DNA of 64,000 bases. It comes from Gemmatimonadaceae bacterium. GTDB taxonomy: Bacteria > Gemmatimonadota > Gemmatimonadetes > Gemmatimonadales > Gemmatimonadaceae. Location: assembly GCA_052388395.1 (NCBI GenBank), contig JBQTIF010000011.1:1191-65190 (forward strand), in the 5' to 3' direction. How positions within the stretch are numbered: the stretch's first letter is position 1; the number at the start of each line of letters is the position of its first letter. Shown here one piece after another: positions 1-9,036 of the stretch. A program made the translations under genes and the position numbers. The notes beneath the pieces are model-generated. The model ran no database searches. It had not been told where the DNA came from and was given only the letters and a program-made list of their open reading frames with translations.

Positions 1-800
1 AACGCAACCGAAAGCTCCCAGCGTTGACGCCGGTTGCCAGCGAAGAGGAGCATTCGCGGCGCCTCAACGCTGCCGTCTCCGAGTACATGAAGTTCCTCGG
101 CGAGCACGAGGTCGTATCGATCCGCGAGTATATGGATGCAGCGCTGCGAGCACGTATTGGCCGCTTTAATACGGCACCAATCAGCGCGCGCGAGTTCTTC
201 ACACATGTCGACTATCGCGAACCCGTCGCGATGCGCACGCATGGCTACCACTGGTTCGATCTGGCGCGCATGGCAAACGAACCGCATGCGAGCCCGATCC
301 GGCGCGTTCCGCTGCTCTACAACATCTTCGACGAGCGGGCCGAAGGACTCGCCACCGGCATGGAAGAAATGATGATGCACGTCGGCCTGTTCGACGGGCG
401 TCCACGAGCGCGCGAATTGATTTGGGTGCTGCTCGCGCAGCGTGCAGCGCGCGCGTTAGGCGATTTGCGTATGCACGCAAACGAGATTTCCATGGACAGC
501 GCCGTCACATTCGCCTCGCAATGGACCCCGCGCGGCTGGCTGCGCCAGGATGGCAATACAGTCCGTGGAGAACAGCACCTCTACCTGCAGCAGCCGAGCT
601 ACGGCACCAGTTACGTCATCGGCAAGGTTCAGATCGAGCAGCTCATCGGCGAGCGCTCGCGGCAACTCGACGACGCCTTTACCCTCAAAGGATTCATGGA
701 CGACCTGAACGCTGCTGGGATGATCCCTGTCACGCTCATACGTTGGGAGCTCACAGGGGATGCCTCAGAAATAAGGCGGCTGGCGCCGCCTCAGCCCTAG
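1..800 (+). CDS. DUF885-like protein, C-terminal fragment (gene starts upstream of window)
   Basis: The frame of ORF 24..800 is open back to base 3. The C-terminal pattern QQPSYGTSYVIGKVQIEQL...FTLKGFMDDLNAAGMIPVTLIRWE resembles DUF885 C-termini (from memory, not searched). Confidence 0.5.
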   Translation, partial: RNRKLPALTPVASEEEHSRRLNAAVSEYMKFLGEHEVVSIREYMDAALRARIGRFNTAPISAREFFTHVDYREPVAMRTHGYHWFDLARMANEPHASPIRRVPLLYNIFDERAEGLATGMEEMMMHVGLFDGRPRARELIWVLLAQRAARALGDLRMHANEISMDSAVTFASQWTPRGWLRQDGNTVRGEQHLYLQQPSYGTSYVIGKVQIEQLIGERSRQLDDAFTLKGFMDDLNAAGMIPVTLIRWELTGDASEIRRLAPPQP

Positions 801-871
801 GTCCGGGCCCTCGCAGCACTCTCGCGGCTTGTGGCATCCAAGTGGTGACGCGACCGGATAGGAGCACACCG

Positions 872-1546
872 ATGACGAAGAGACGCTGGATTCTCACAGT
901 GCCGGGACTGCTTGTCGTTGCAGCCTTCGCGCACAACGCCGCTGGCGGTTGGGCGGTCGTAAGTGTTCAAGACCTTCCCGAATACGCCGTAGCGGGGCAG
1001 CCGCTGACGCTCACCTACGGTGTGCGCCAGCACGGCGAAGAGCCGTTGTATGACCTGAAAGGGACCGTTTCCGCGCGCTCCAGATCGGGAGCGATGGTGA
1101 GTGTCGCTGCGAAACCAACGGTTCAGCGCAGCTCGTATGCGGCGACGCTGACGCTGCCTAACGCGGGCGATTGGACGATTACAATCGAGCCCGGCTTTGG
1201 AAAGACCAAAGGAAAGCTATTGCCGCTGCGCGCCGTGGCAGCCGGCTCGCAAACATTCCCGTCATACTCGCCCGCCGAGCGCGGACAGCGGCTGTTTGTG
1301 GCGAAGGGCTGCGTGACGTGTCATACGCATGGCGATTCGAAATCGGAGATCGGGAGCCCAGCCGTGCCAGATCTCACGGACAGAACGTTCGCCCCTTCCT
1401 ACCTGGCTGACTACCTCGCCAATCCGAAGATCAAACCGCCCGCCAACCAGCAAGGTTGGCAGATGCCGAACATGCAGCTCAAGCAGCCAGAAATCGCTGC
1501 GCTAGTTGCATTCATCAATTCCGACCGTCGCGTCGCTGTGAAGTAG
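872..1546 (+). CDS. Secreted c-type cytochrome (single CxxCH)
   Basis: ATG at 872 preceded by AGGAG. Signal-like N-terminus MTKRRWILTVPGLLVVAAFA. Haem motif CVTCH. The longer ORF 422..1546 overlaps the upstream gene. Confidence 0.7.
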   Translation: MTKRRWILTVPGLLVVAAFAHNAAGGWAVVSVQDLPEYAVAGQPLTLTYGVRQHGEEPLYDLKGTVSARSRSGAMVSVAAKPTVQRSSYAATLTLPNAGDWTITIEPGFGKTKGKLLPLRAVAAGSQTFPSYSPAERGQRLFVAKGCVTCHTHGDSKSEIGSPAVPDLTDRTFAPSYLADYLANPKIKPPANQQGWQMPNMQLKQPEIAALVAFINSDRRVAVK

Positions 1547-1562
1547 GACCTTCAACCACGGA

Positions 1563-1612
1563 GGGACACGGAGGAGACCGAGAGTGTTTTGCAGTTTCTC
1601 TCTCCGTGTCCC
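1563..1612 (+). terminator. Hairpin downstream of the cytochrome gene
   Basis: GGGACACGGAG (1563-1573) pairs with CTCCGTGTCCC (1602-1612), an 11-bp stem with a structured loop. No clear T-tract follows. Confidence 0.4.
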
Positions 1613-1639
1613 CTGCGTCCTCTGGGGTAAAATTGATCG

Positions 1640-1666
1640 TTGCGCAAATGAGCTTTGTGATATAAA
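1640..1666 (+). promoter_or_regulatory. Sigma70-like promoter with extended -10 (TGaTATAAA)
   Basis: TTGCGC at 1640-1645 and TG-a-TATAAA at 1658-1666, in an AT-richer patch about 30 nt upstream of ORF 1697. Confidence 0.35.
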
Positions 1667-1696
1667 GTACTCACTAGATTCGCTCGGGGGTGCGAT

Positions 1697-1966
1697 ATGT
1701 CGATAAAGGCTCTGCATGCGCTGCTCACTTTGATCGTTGGGCTCGGGTTCGGCGTTACATGGCTGCGCGCGTTTTGGAATCGCCCGGGCTCCGTATCCAG
1801 CGTCGTTCTCATAGCACCTCTCGCCGCCGCCTTGTTAGGCCTGGGACACTGGATCGCGTACGACTTCTCCCTGGCTCACTGGGCCGGCGATTTCAGTCTT
1901 TTGCAAGCGCTCTTCAACATCGGCGTGACATTCCTCCTGCTTGCTCGCCGACGACAAATGACATAG
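1697..1966 (+). CDS. Small hypothetical membrane protein (89 aa)
   Basis: ORF track. Two to three hydrophobic helices and a promoter-like element upstream. Confidence 0.4.
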   Translation: MSIKALHALLTLIVGLGFGVTWLRAFWNRPGSVSSVVLIAPLAAALLGLGHWIAYDFSLAHWAGDFSLLQALFNIGVTFLLLARRRQMT

Positions 1967-2075
1967 CCGCGCGGCGTTGCCGGGCGCTTTCGCGCCGTCC
2001 ATACTCCCGCACGCACGGCGCTCGAACCGCGGGAGGCTGCATGCGAAGCTCGCGAATGACGATGGGAGCCGCGAA

Positions 2076-2510
2076 ATGACGGACCCAATCGTTAGGCATT
2101 CCGTTGTGAGCCCCGCGCTGCAGCCGTGGATCCGTAGCGCTGCCCTCGGTACAGTCCTGGGTACTCTCTTTCTCGGCATTGGCGGACGAGCCGCTATGCG
2201 CGCTATTGCCTCCGTGCAGAATGCCGCTTCCGGTTACTCCTTCGGCGGCACGATGACAGTGGTTTTTCTCGGTGCCGCGTCTGGTCTCGCGGCAGGGGTG
2301 ATCTATGCCGCGTGTCGCAGGCTGTTCACGCGCCATGTCTGGTGGGCTCGCGCGCTGTTCGCCGTCATCTTATTGGCAATTACCCTACGTGGTCTCCGCC
2401 CGCTCGACGAGCAGCGGCTCATCATCTTTCTTCCGCTGTTCATAGCGTTCGGCTTCGCATTTGATCGGCTTTGGGACAGCGCTGTTCGACCTTGGACGGT
2501 GGACACCTAG
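2076..2510 (+). CDS. Hypothetical integral membrane protein
   Basis: In-frame ATG at 2076 within ORF 1977..2510. Four hydrophobic segments. Confidence 0.5.
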   Translation: MTDPIVRHSVVSPALQPWIRSAALGTVLGTLFLGIGGRAAMRAIASVQNAASGYSFGGTMTVVFLGAASGLAAGVIYAACRRLFTRHVWWARALFAVILLAITLRGLRPLDEQRLIIFLPLFIAFGFAFDRLWDSAVRPWTVDT

Positions 2511-2588
2511 ACTGCGCCTCGTAGGCTCCAGCACACAAAATCCGACCGGCTTCCGCCGGCGTAGGTTACGGATGTACCAGATGACTGA

Positions 2589-3146
2589 ATGACTAGCTCT
2601 GCTCCAGCGGCTCCTTCTTCTTCGCACGGCGCGGTGGGCGAAGCTCGCCCCTCCACACCGGAGCGAGGCGGGGCTACGCTCGGCGACCTCTATGACCGAT
2701 ATGGCTCGACTGCTTATAGCTTGGCCCTCTTCATTACGAATGACCGCCGCACAGCGGAGCGCATCGTGACGGCGGCTTTTGCGTCCACGTGGCACTCCGA
2801 CCGCGACGCGGGACCCGCCGCGGCGAAAAGCTTCTTCTCTTTGTTAATGGCGACCGTCCGCACGAAGGCCGTCGTCGCCCGGACCGCCCGGTCGACACCA
2901 GTGTCCTTCGATCGCCCGAACGGACATCAGCCAACGAACTCGTTGGGGATGGCTGTAGCAATGGCGTTGCGCGACCTTCCAGAGTCGCAACAGCATGTAC
3001 TCGCCCTCGCGTATTTCGGAGGTCTGGGCGTAGGCGCTATCGCTTCCGAGCTGCGTGAACCCGTGAGCCATGTAAAAGTGAACCTCCACGCTGCGTTGGG
3101 TCATCTGCGGTCAGTGCTGGCTGAACCTCGCGGAAGGGCGCAATGA
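2589..3146 (+). CDS. ECF-type RNA polymerase sigma factor
   Basis: Region 2-like LYDRYGSTAYSLALFITNDRRTAERIV and region 4 HTH ALAYFGGLGVGAIASELREPVSHVKVNLHAAL. The stop overlaps the start of the next gene (ATGA). Confidence 0.75.
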   Translation: MTSSAPAAPSSSHGAVGEARPSTPERGGATLGDLYDRYGSTAYSLALFITNDRRTAERIVTAAFASTWHSDRDAGPAAAKSFFSLLMATVRTKAVVARTARSTPVSFDRPNGHQPTNSLGMAVAMALRDLPESQQHVLALAYFGGLGVGAIASELREPVSHVKVNLHAALGHLRSVLAEPRGRAQ

Positions 3147-3919
3147 GCCACGAACAGTGGACAGGCTCAGCTGCGGCCTATGCGTTAGGCGCGCTCGACG
3201 CTGACGAGCGTGCCGCGTTCGAGGAGCACGTTGCTACGTGCGCCACATGCCGGGCGGAGGCTGACGAGCTACGCGAGACAGCGGCGATGCTGGCGTATGC
3301 CGCACCAGCGCGCGAGGTACCGCCGCCGGCGCTGCGCGAACGGGTACTGCGCGAAGCACGCGAAGTCCGTCCGATTGCGTCAGCGGCTACCGCTCGCCGC
3401 AAAGCTCCTGCATTCCCCTGGCTCGCGGCTGCGGCAAGCCTAACGCTTGCGGTCCTTGCCGGGATGCAATTCCGCTCGGAGCGCTCCGAACGTCAACGAC
3501 TCGCGGTAGCTCTCGACTCGGTTCGCAGCGATCTTGCGGTTCGCGATTCCATGGTGGCTGCGTTCTTCGGTCCCGAAGTCCACGTGGTGTCGTTGAGTCC
3601 TACGGGAGAGAAGCCGTCCATGCGTGTGTTCTGGAATCACACGCGTAACATCTTCATCGTCACGGCGTTCAACGTTCCGCCTGCTCCCCAAGGAAAGACG
3701 TACCAGCTCTGGGCAATCCGAAACGGGAAGGCGCCCCTATCTATGGGAACCTTCAATACCGACGCCACCGGTCGAGCAACCGCGATTTTGGCGGTGGGGA
3801 ATCAGATCAATGACGGCGGCTTCATCGACCTCTGCGGCCTAACGATAGAGCCGGCGGGGGGCTCGCCGCAGCCAACGGAGCAGCCGCGGCTCATGGGCCC
3901 GTGGCGCCACACGGATTAG
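3143..3919 (+). CDS. Anti-sigma factor (zf-HC2 N-terminus, one TM, RskA-like C-terminal domain)
   Basis: HVATCATCRAE motif, a central TM helix, C-terminal KTYQLWAIRNGKAPLSMGTF. Translationally coupled to the sigma gene. Confidence 0.75.
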   Translation: MSHEQWTGSAAAYALGALDADERAAFEEHVATCATCRAEADELRETAAMLAYAAPAREVPPPALRERVLREAREVRPIASAATARRKAPAFPWLAAAASLTLAVLAGMQFRSERSERQRLAVALDSVRSDLAVRDSMVAAFFGPEVHVVSLSPTGEKPSMRVFWNHTRNIFIVTAFNVPPAPQGKTYQLWAIRNGKAPLSMGTFNTDATGRATAILAVGNQINDGGFIDLCGLTIEPAGGSPQPTEQPRLMGPWRHTD

Positions 3920-4051
3920 AGTAATGCTGTAGCAGCCTCAACCGAATCCTGCCGAGCTCGCCAGTCGCTGTCTCTAACGAGCGAGCGTTGACGACCGTAG
4001 CGACGCAGTGTGTGGCCCGGTCGATGCAACTCGTTTGGGGCGGAGGCGTCA

Positions 4052-5029
4052 ATGCCAAAGCTCTACTGGAGCGCGACCCTCGCTCTTCTGCTCGCGAGCG
4101 TATTGAACCTTTCCGCGCAAGCTCGTTTCTCCGCGCGACCGCTGCCGCGTGCTCTCGCGCGGGCCGCCGAGACTGGTGTTGGGCCAGTGGAATCGGAGAT
4201 GCGCAACGTCGACTATCACGTCGACCAAACAGTCGTGCTCAACATCGCCTATTTGCGCGGGACGCTGCGCAGCACTCGGCCGAACGAGGCACCGTGGTTC
4301 GATGATCCGACATCATTCGACATCGTCATAGACTCGGCAGTCGTCGCGATCACACCCGCCAGCCTAACGGCGCTGCTCAATACCTACGTCTTCCATTATC
4401 CGGGCGCCGATATCAAGAAGCTCAATGTGAAGGTGGAAGGGTCCCAGCTCGTGCAGACTGGGGTGCTCGACAAGGCGATCAACCTCCCCTTCACGATCCG
4501 CTCGCAGCTCAGCGTGACGCCTGACGGACGGCTGCGGCTGCATCCGACGTCGGTCAAAGTCGGCGGGATCGGCGTTAGGCGGCTGATGAACGCGTTAGGA
4601 CTCGAGCTGGAGAATTTGGTGAAGGTTCGAGCCGGCAATGGCGTGGAGATCGACAAGGACGATTTCTTGTTGAATCCCGAATTGCTATTGCCGCCACCGC
4701 GCATCAAGAGCCGCGTGACGTCGGTGCAGGTCGTCAATGGTCGGGTCGTGCAGACTCTCGCGAGTCGTTCGCCTCGGACAGTGCCGCGCTTGCTCCCACC
4801 GCAGAAGGCGCGCAACTACATGTTCTATCAGGGGCGTGTCCTGCGCTTTGGCAAACTGACCATGCAAGCGACCGATCTGCAGATCGTAGATGCCGACCAG
4901 AAGGACCCGTTCGACTTCTTTCTGGCGCGACTGAACGACCAGTTGGTCGCTGGTACCAGTCGGAATCTGCCTGATTACGGGCTCGTAACGACGATGCCTG
5001 ATTTCGCCGACTTGAAACCCAAAAAATAG
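4052..5029 (+). CDS. Secreted hypothetical protein
   Basis: ATG at 4052 with GGAGG 6 nt upstream. Signal peptide MPKLYWSATLALLLASVLNLSAQ. Confidence 0.55.
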   Translation: MPKLYWSATLALLLASVLNLSAQARFSARPLPRALARAAETGVGPVESEMRNVDYHVDQTVVLNIAYLRGTLRSTRPNEAPWFDDPTSFDIVIDSAVVAITPASLTALLNTYVFHYPGADIKKLNVKVEGSQLVQTGVLDKAINLPFTIRSQLSVTPDGRLRLHPTSVKVGGIGVRRLMNALGLELENLVKVRAGNGVEIDKDDFLLNPELLLPPPRIKSRVTSVQVVNGRVVQTLASRSPRTVPRLLPPQKARNYMFYQGRVLRFGKLTMQATDLQIVDADQKDPFDFFLARLNDQLVAGTSRNLPDYGLVTTMPDFADLKPKK

Positions 5030-5100
5030 TGGCTAGCGAATAGGTGGATAGGAGGATAGGAGGATCGAACACTGATCCCCCTATCCCCTATTACTACGCA

Positions 5101-5688
5101 CTATTTGAGTTGGTCGTGCGTGCTACGATACGCCGGGAGGTGCCCCTCGACGTGCGTGCGCACTTCCTCCAAGAACGCGCGCACTTCTGGACGCTGTTCG
5201 CGCGTCAGCGCGTCCTTTACTTCATCGAGGACCGTTTCGTGACGTTCGATCTCGTACTGGAGATACGCCGCGTCCCACTCCTTCCCCTTCGGCTTGTTGT
5301 TTAGCGCTTCCGTCCACTTGCGCTGATTTTCGGCCAGACTCTCGTCGGCCGTGGGAACCATCGGCGTTAGGTTGAGCTGCGCCGCCAGATCCTTTGCTTT
5401 CTTATCCAGCGCGGTGTGCCCCTCGATGGCTTTCCCGGCGAGCGCCTTGACTTCGCGGCTTGTGGCGTTCGTCTGCGCCATATTGGCGAGCGCGATCGTC
5501 CCTTCGTTCGCCAGTCCCAGCAGCCCAAGCATCTCAGCTGCCGTGTATTCCTGCGGAAGTGCCGCCATTCCAGCCGCCGTGTCTACTTGTAGCCCAGCGC
5601 TATCATATTCCGAGTCGCGCCCAGCGCATGCCGCCAAGACAGCCGTTAGGCACGCTGCTGTGATGAGTGCGTGTCGCGTGTTCTTCAT
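5101..5688 (-). CDS. DUF4142-like (ferritin-like four-helix) lipoprotein
   Basis: Lipobox LAAC. Repeated helical pattern with GH...L and ERHETV motifs typical of DUF4142 (from memory). Confidence 0.6.
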   Translation of the reverse strand: MKNTRHALITAACLTAVLAACAGRDSEYDSAGLQVDTAAGMAALPQEYTAAEMLGLLGLANEGTIALANMAQTNATSREVKALAGKAIEGHTALDKKAKDLAAQLNLTPMVPTADESLAENQRKWTEALNNKPKGKEWDAAYLQYEIERHETVLDEVKDALTREQRPEVRAFLEEVRTHVEGHLPAYRSTHDQLK

Positions 5689-5772
5689 AGAAATCCTCGC
5701 CTTGATCGGTGATCATCGACTGCGTTGCGCCGCGAGTACTCGCGGCGTTGCGGACCAGCGCTCCCCCGAGCG

Positions 5773-6231
5773 CTACGTTGGGTTTGGAGGGGTCGCTGGC
5801 TCCGAAATACGTTCGATCACGTGCGCAAGATCGCGCTCCGTGACTTCCCTGTTTGTCTTTGTCGCGCGTGCGAGATCCGCCTGCGCGACGATGCCGACGC
5901 AATACCCGTCGTCATCGACGATGACGACACGGCGCACCTGCTTGTCGGCCATAACGCGTTCGACTGCGCTGACTTCGTCGTCAGGCAGACAGCACTCTGC
6001 CTCACGCGTCATCAGTTCGGACACCTTCGTGTGAGGCCCCTTCCCCATGGCGATGCCGCGGATGGCAATATCGCGGTCGGTGATGACACCGAGGACGCGC
6101 CGGTTGTCTCCCGTATCGACAACTGGCACACAACCGCAGTCGTTGTCGGCCATGAGTTGCGCAACTTTTCGAACGTCGTCGTCGGGCGTGACGCACGCGG
6201 GACTCAGCGTCATTAGATCCTGCGCTCGCAT
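5773..6231 (-). CDS. CBS-pair domain protein
   Basis: Two CBS repeats (DLMTLSPACVTPDDDV...VVD...VLGVITDRDI; ELMTREAECCLPDDEV...VVIVDDDGYCVGIVAQADL). AAGGAG 7 nt upstream of the ATG. Confidence 0.8.
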   Translation of the reverse strand: MRAQDLMTLSPACVTPDDDVRKVAQLMADNDCGCVPVVDTGDNRRVLGVITDRDIAIRGIAMGKGPHTKVSELMTREAECCLPDDEVSAVERVMADKQVRRVVIVDDDGYCVGIVAQADLARATKTNREVTERDLAHVIERISEPATPPNPT

Positions 6232-6391
6232 GTGTCGCTCCTTACATCGTGTAGGCTTGTGGAGGCCAACGTGATAGCTCTTGGCTCTTCGCTCTTAGTG
6301 CTTGGCGCTTAGGGGGGCCATGGCCCCCGTCCCTTTGGACGGAAGCCAGAGCCCAGCACCCAAGAGCCAGGACCTAACGAGTATTACCTAA

Positions 6392-6901
6392 CTAGTAGCC
6401 TTCCTCATCCCCGCCCCCGGATGACTCACCAGCGCGCTTTTCGCGATCACGCGGGTCATTCGTACCACCGCGCTGCGTCCCTTCACCAAATCCTTCGTCG
6501 CCCCTCTGCGAGCCGCCCTGACCACTGCCGCCTCGCTGACCCGGTTGTCCTGACTGACCCTGTTGTCCTGACTGACCTTGCTGTCCTGACTGGCCTTGCT
6601 GACCTGACTGGCCCTGTTGTCCCGACTGACCCTGTTGTCCTGACTGGCCCTGTTGACCGCCTTGCTGCGGCCGCGAGCCCTGTCCCTGCGAACCTTGCTC
6701 ACCGCCTCGCTGCGACCCTTCGTCAAAACGCTGACCCCCACCGCCCTGGTTTTGTTGCCCTTCGCCAAACTGCTGACCTGTGCCACCGCCAGCCCCTTGC
6801 CCCTGCGTCGCATGTTCGCGGCGGTTGTGTTGATCGAGTTTGTCGCGCGAGTCAAACTGCGCGCCGCATGCTCGGCAGGTGAAGTCTTTGGTTTCGGCCA
6901 T
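6392..6901 (-). CDS. Small protein with one classical C2H2 zinc finger and a Gly/Gln-rich disordered tail containing (GQQGQS)n
   Basis: FTCRACGAQFDSRDKLDQHNRREH fits F-x-C-x2-C-x3-F-x5-L-x2-H-x4-H. The tail is encoded by 18-nt tandem repeats. Confidence 0.7.
   Translation of the reverse strand: MAETKDFTCRACGAQFDSRDKLDQHNRREHATQGQGAGGGTGQQFGEGQQNQGGGGQRFDEGSQRGGEQGSQGQGSRPQQGGQQGQSGQQGQSGQQGQSGQQGQSGQQGQSGQQGQSGQPGQRGGSGQGGSQRGDEGFGEGTQRGGTNDPRDREKRAGESSGGGDEEGY
6536..6657 (-). repeat. 18-nt coding tandem repeat, about 6.5 copies (CTGACTGRCCYTGYTGWC on the + strand)
   Basis: Units at 6550, 6568, 6586, 6604, 6622 and 6640. They encode GQQGQS on the minus strand. Confidence 0.85.
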
Positions 6902-6902
6902 G

Positions 6903-8345
6903 CTAGTGTACCTCCAACGCGGCCGTTTTCAGTTTCTCCCTAACGAGCGGACCGCGCGTCTCGCTGGGAGCGGATCTGCTGAGGTGCGCGCGTGCAGCGC
7001 CCTCCATTCCTTCTTGCAGTGTCGGGAAAACCCCAACGGTGAGGCCGATCTCATCGAGCGTTCCGTTGTGGCGCATGACGAGCGCAGCATCATAGACGAG
7101 ATCTGCAGCATTTGGACCAATGACGTGACAGCCAATGATCCGTCGCGTTTTGCGTTCGACGACGTATTTGAGAAGGCCTGACGTCTCACCGATGAGTTTG
7201 GCTTTGACGACCTGATCTAGTGTGACAAGCCCGACCGAGGTGTCGATGCCAAGCTCACGCGCGGTGGATTCTGTGTATCCGACGCTGCCAATTTCCGGAT
7301 CGGTGAAAACGGCGTGGGGCAAGGCCTGACGCTCAAGCGTTAGGCGCGCGCCTTCGAACGCGTTGGCATAGGCGACGCGGCCTTCCTCCTGACTCACCCG
7401 TGTGAATGGCTGCTGCCCATTCACGTCACCGACTGCCCAGATACCGCGAACGTTGGTCTCGAGACGACCGTTTACCCGCACGTAACCTTTCGCGTTCACG
7501 ACAACTCCGGCGGCGTCGAGCGCCAGCGTATCCGTGTTGGGCCGGCGGCCAGCGGCGAGAAGAACGTGCGATGCGTCGAGCACGTGCTCGGTGCCAGCTG
7601 CGTTGCGCACCACCATGCGGATCGCGTCAGACCGTTCTTGGAGGCTGACGGCGCGACTCTCGAGCAATACCTGGATCCCCTCAGCTTCGAAACACTGCGT
7701 GAGGATTGTGCTGACGTCGCTCTCCTCGTGGGGCAGCAGTCGGCTAGCGCCCTGCACGATCGTGACGCTGGAGCCGAAGCGACTGTAGGTCTGCCCCAGC
7801 TCGCAGGCGACATACCCGCCGCCTACAACGACCAGGCGTTCCGGCGGAGTCGTTAGGCGCATGATCGTATCGCTGGTATGTACTCGTGACGACTCTGTCG
7901 CGAGGCCTTCAGGAGCGTACGGCCGCATCCCAGTCGCGATGAAGATCCGCGGCGCATACAGGCGCCGATCTCCCGCATCGACAACTTCGCGCGAGTGGAA
8001 TCGCGCGCGCGCCTCGATCAGAGACAGCGTCTTCGCTCGCCGCGCCGCCTCGAGCGCCGCGATACGGTAATCCGCAATCATCGTCTCCATCTCGCTCACC
8101 ATGTCGGCAAGACGGATCCGCTGAATATTGGCGTCGATGTGAAAACGCGCTGCCGTGCGCGTCAAGCGTGCGATGCGCGCGCGATGAATCAAGAACTTGC
8201 TGGGTACACAGCCAGCGTTGAGACAGGTACTGCCGAAGGGCGGCCGATAGATCAGCGCGACGCGATACCCAGCCTGCACTGCTCGGTTCGCTACTTCAGT
8301 TCCTGCTTCACCGGCGCCAATAACGATTGCATCGAACGTGTCCAC
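6903..8345 (-). CDS. Class I pyridine nucleotide-disulfide oxidoreductase (dihydrolipoamide/glutathione/mercuric reductase family)
   Basis: FAD fold IVIGAGEAGTE, redox-active CLNAGCVPSK, second dinucleotide fold VVVGGGYVACE, C-terminal dimerisation domain. Confidence 0.8.
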   Translation of the reverse strand: MDTFDAIVIGAGEAGTEVANRAVQAGYRVALIYRPPFGSTCLNAGCVPSKFLIHRARIARLTRTAARFHIDANIQRIRLADMVSEMETMIADYRIAALEAARRAKTLSLIEARARFHSREVVDAGDRRLYAPRIFIATGMRPYAPEGLATESSRVHTSDTIMRLTTPPERLVVVGGGYVACELGQTYSRFGSSVTIVQGASRLLPHEESDVSTILTQCFEAEGIQVLLESRAVSLQERSDAIRMVVRNAAGTEHVLDASHVLLAAGRRPNTDTLALDAAGVVVNAKGYVRVNGRLETNVRGIWAVGDVNGQQPFTRVSQEEGRVAYANAFEGARLTLERQALPHAVFTDPEIGSVGYTESTARELGIDTSVGLVTLDQVVKAKLIGETSGLLKYVVERKTRRIIGCHVIGPNAADLVYDAALVMRHNGTLDEIGLTVGVFPTLQEGMEGAARAHLSRSAPSETRGPLVREKLKTAALEVH

Positions 8346-8379
8346 GACACGCTCGATGGCAAGACGCGAGCCCCATGGG

Positions 8380-8955
8380 CTACAGATCAGTCGGGCAGCG
8401 CGGCGCGTCGCCTAACGCGCAAATCGGCAGAGCCTGCGCTGCACGCGCATTGGTGGCGAGTCGTCGCACTAGCGTTCGCGCCCGCTCCAGCGCCGCCGCG
8501 GGGCGTGCGCTCCCGTCTGCCCGCTGTTCTCCTCCGCGACCTCCGTCCGGCTCTACTTCTACGACGATGATCTCCTCGGGAAGATCGGCGAGCGCTTTGA
8601 CCGCCAACAGCATATTGTCGAACACGAGGCTGTCAGCGTCCTCAACAGGGCCGCGCGGCTCGCTCTCGTTAGGCTCGCTGCCGTTCCATCGGTACGCGGT
8701 GACTGTCCCCGCGGCGCGCGCGCGGATGACCGCCCCCACGAAGATCACACGCTCGAACTTTGGCCATTCACTATTGAGACGATCGGCGATCTCCACTGCA
8801 TCAGAGCTCCATTCCCCCACGACGACCCGCGCAGCGTTGATGGGAGCATCCGCCGCCAGGCGCTCGCTCACCTGGACACCGATCGAGTGATCGGCCGAAT
8901 CATGCGCAGCGATACCGCCAATGAATGTTCGCATGCTCAGCTCAAGACGCTGCAC
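8380..8955 (-). CDS. Hypothetical protein with weak resemblance to HybD/HyaD-type maturation endopeptidases
   Basis: Length and the patterns FIGGIAAHDSADHSIGVQVSERL ... IIVVEVEP recall that fold, but the metal ligands are not conserved. The start may be the internal M at 8934. Confidence 0.3.
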   Translation of the reverse strand: MQRLELSMRTFIGGIAAHDSADHSIGVQVSERLAADAPINAARVVVGEWSSDAVEIADRLNSEWPKFERVIFVGAVIRARAAGTVTAYRWNGSEPNESEPRGPVEDADSLVFDNMLLAVKALADLPEEIIVVEVEPDGGRGGEQRADGSARPAAALERARTLVRRLATNARAAQALPICALGDAPRCPTDL

Positions 8956-8981
8956 GTTCCCGGGCGTGAATGCAAGGGACG

Positions 8982-9009
8982 AAAAAGGGGGCGCCAGCAG
9001 GCGCCCCCT
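8982..9009 (-). terminator. Rho-independent terminator for gene 9037..9546
   Basis: GGGGGCGCC (8987-8995), loop AGCA, GGCGCCCCC (9000-9008). On the minus strand a TTTTT run follows. Confidence 0.65.
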
Positions 9010-9036
9010 GTTCGTCCTACGACTTAGTCGCTTCGC

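Noticed and set aside
2043-2058. 16-nt identical string GCGAAGCTCGCGAATG at 2043-2058 and 24306-24321
   Set aside because: A single shared 16-mer is about what chance predicts in 64 kb on two strands, and the flanks do not match.
6536-6657. Tandem repeats at 6536-6657 and 9792-9839 as possible CRISPR or minisatellite arrays
   Set aside because: The units are contiguous with no spacers, in frame, and translate to peptide repeats (GQQGQS, ATLP) inside ORFs. No cas genes are present.
8380-8955. Calling this gene a hydrogenase maturation protease
   Set aside because: Only the overall length and two short patterns resemble HybD. The metal-binding residues are not conserved and no hydrogenase genes are nearby. 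It is kept as hypothetical with a note.
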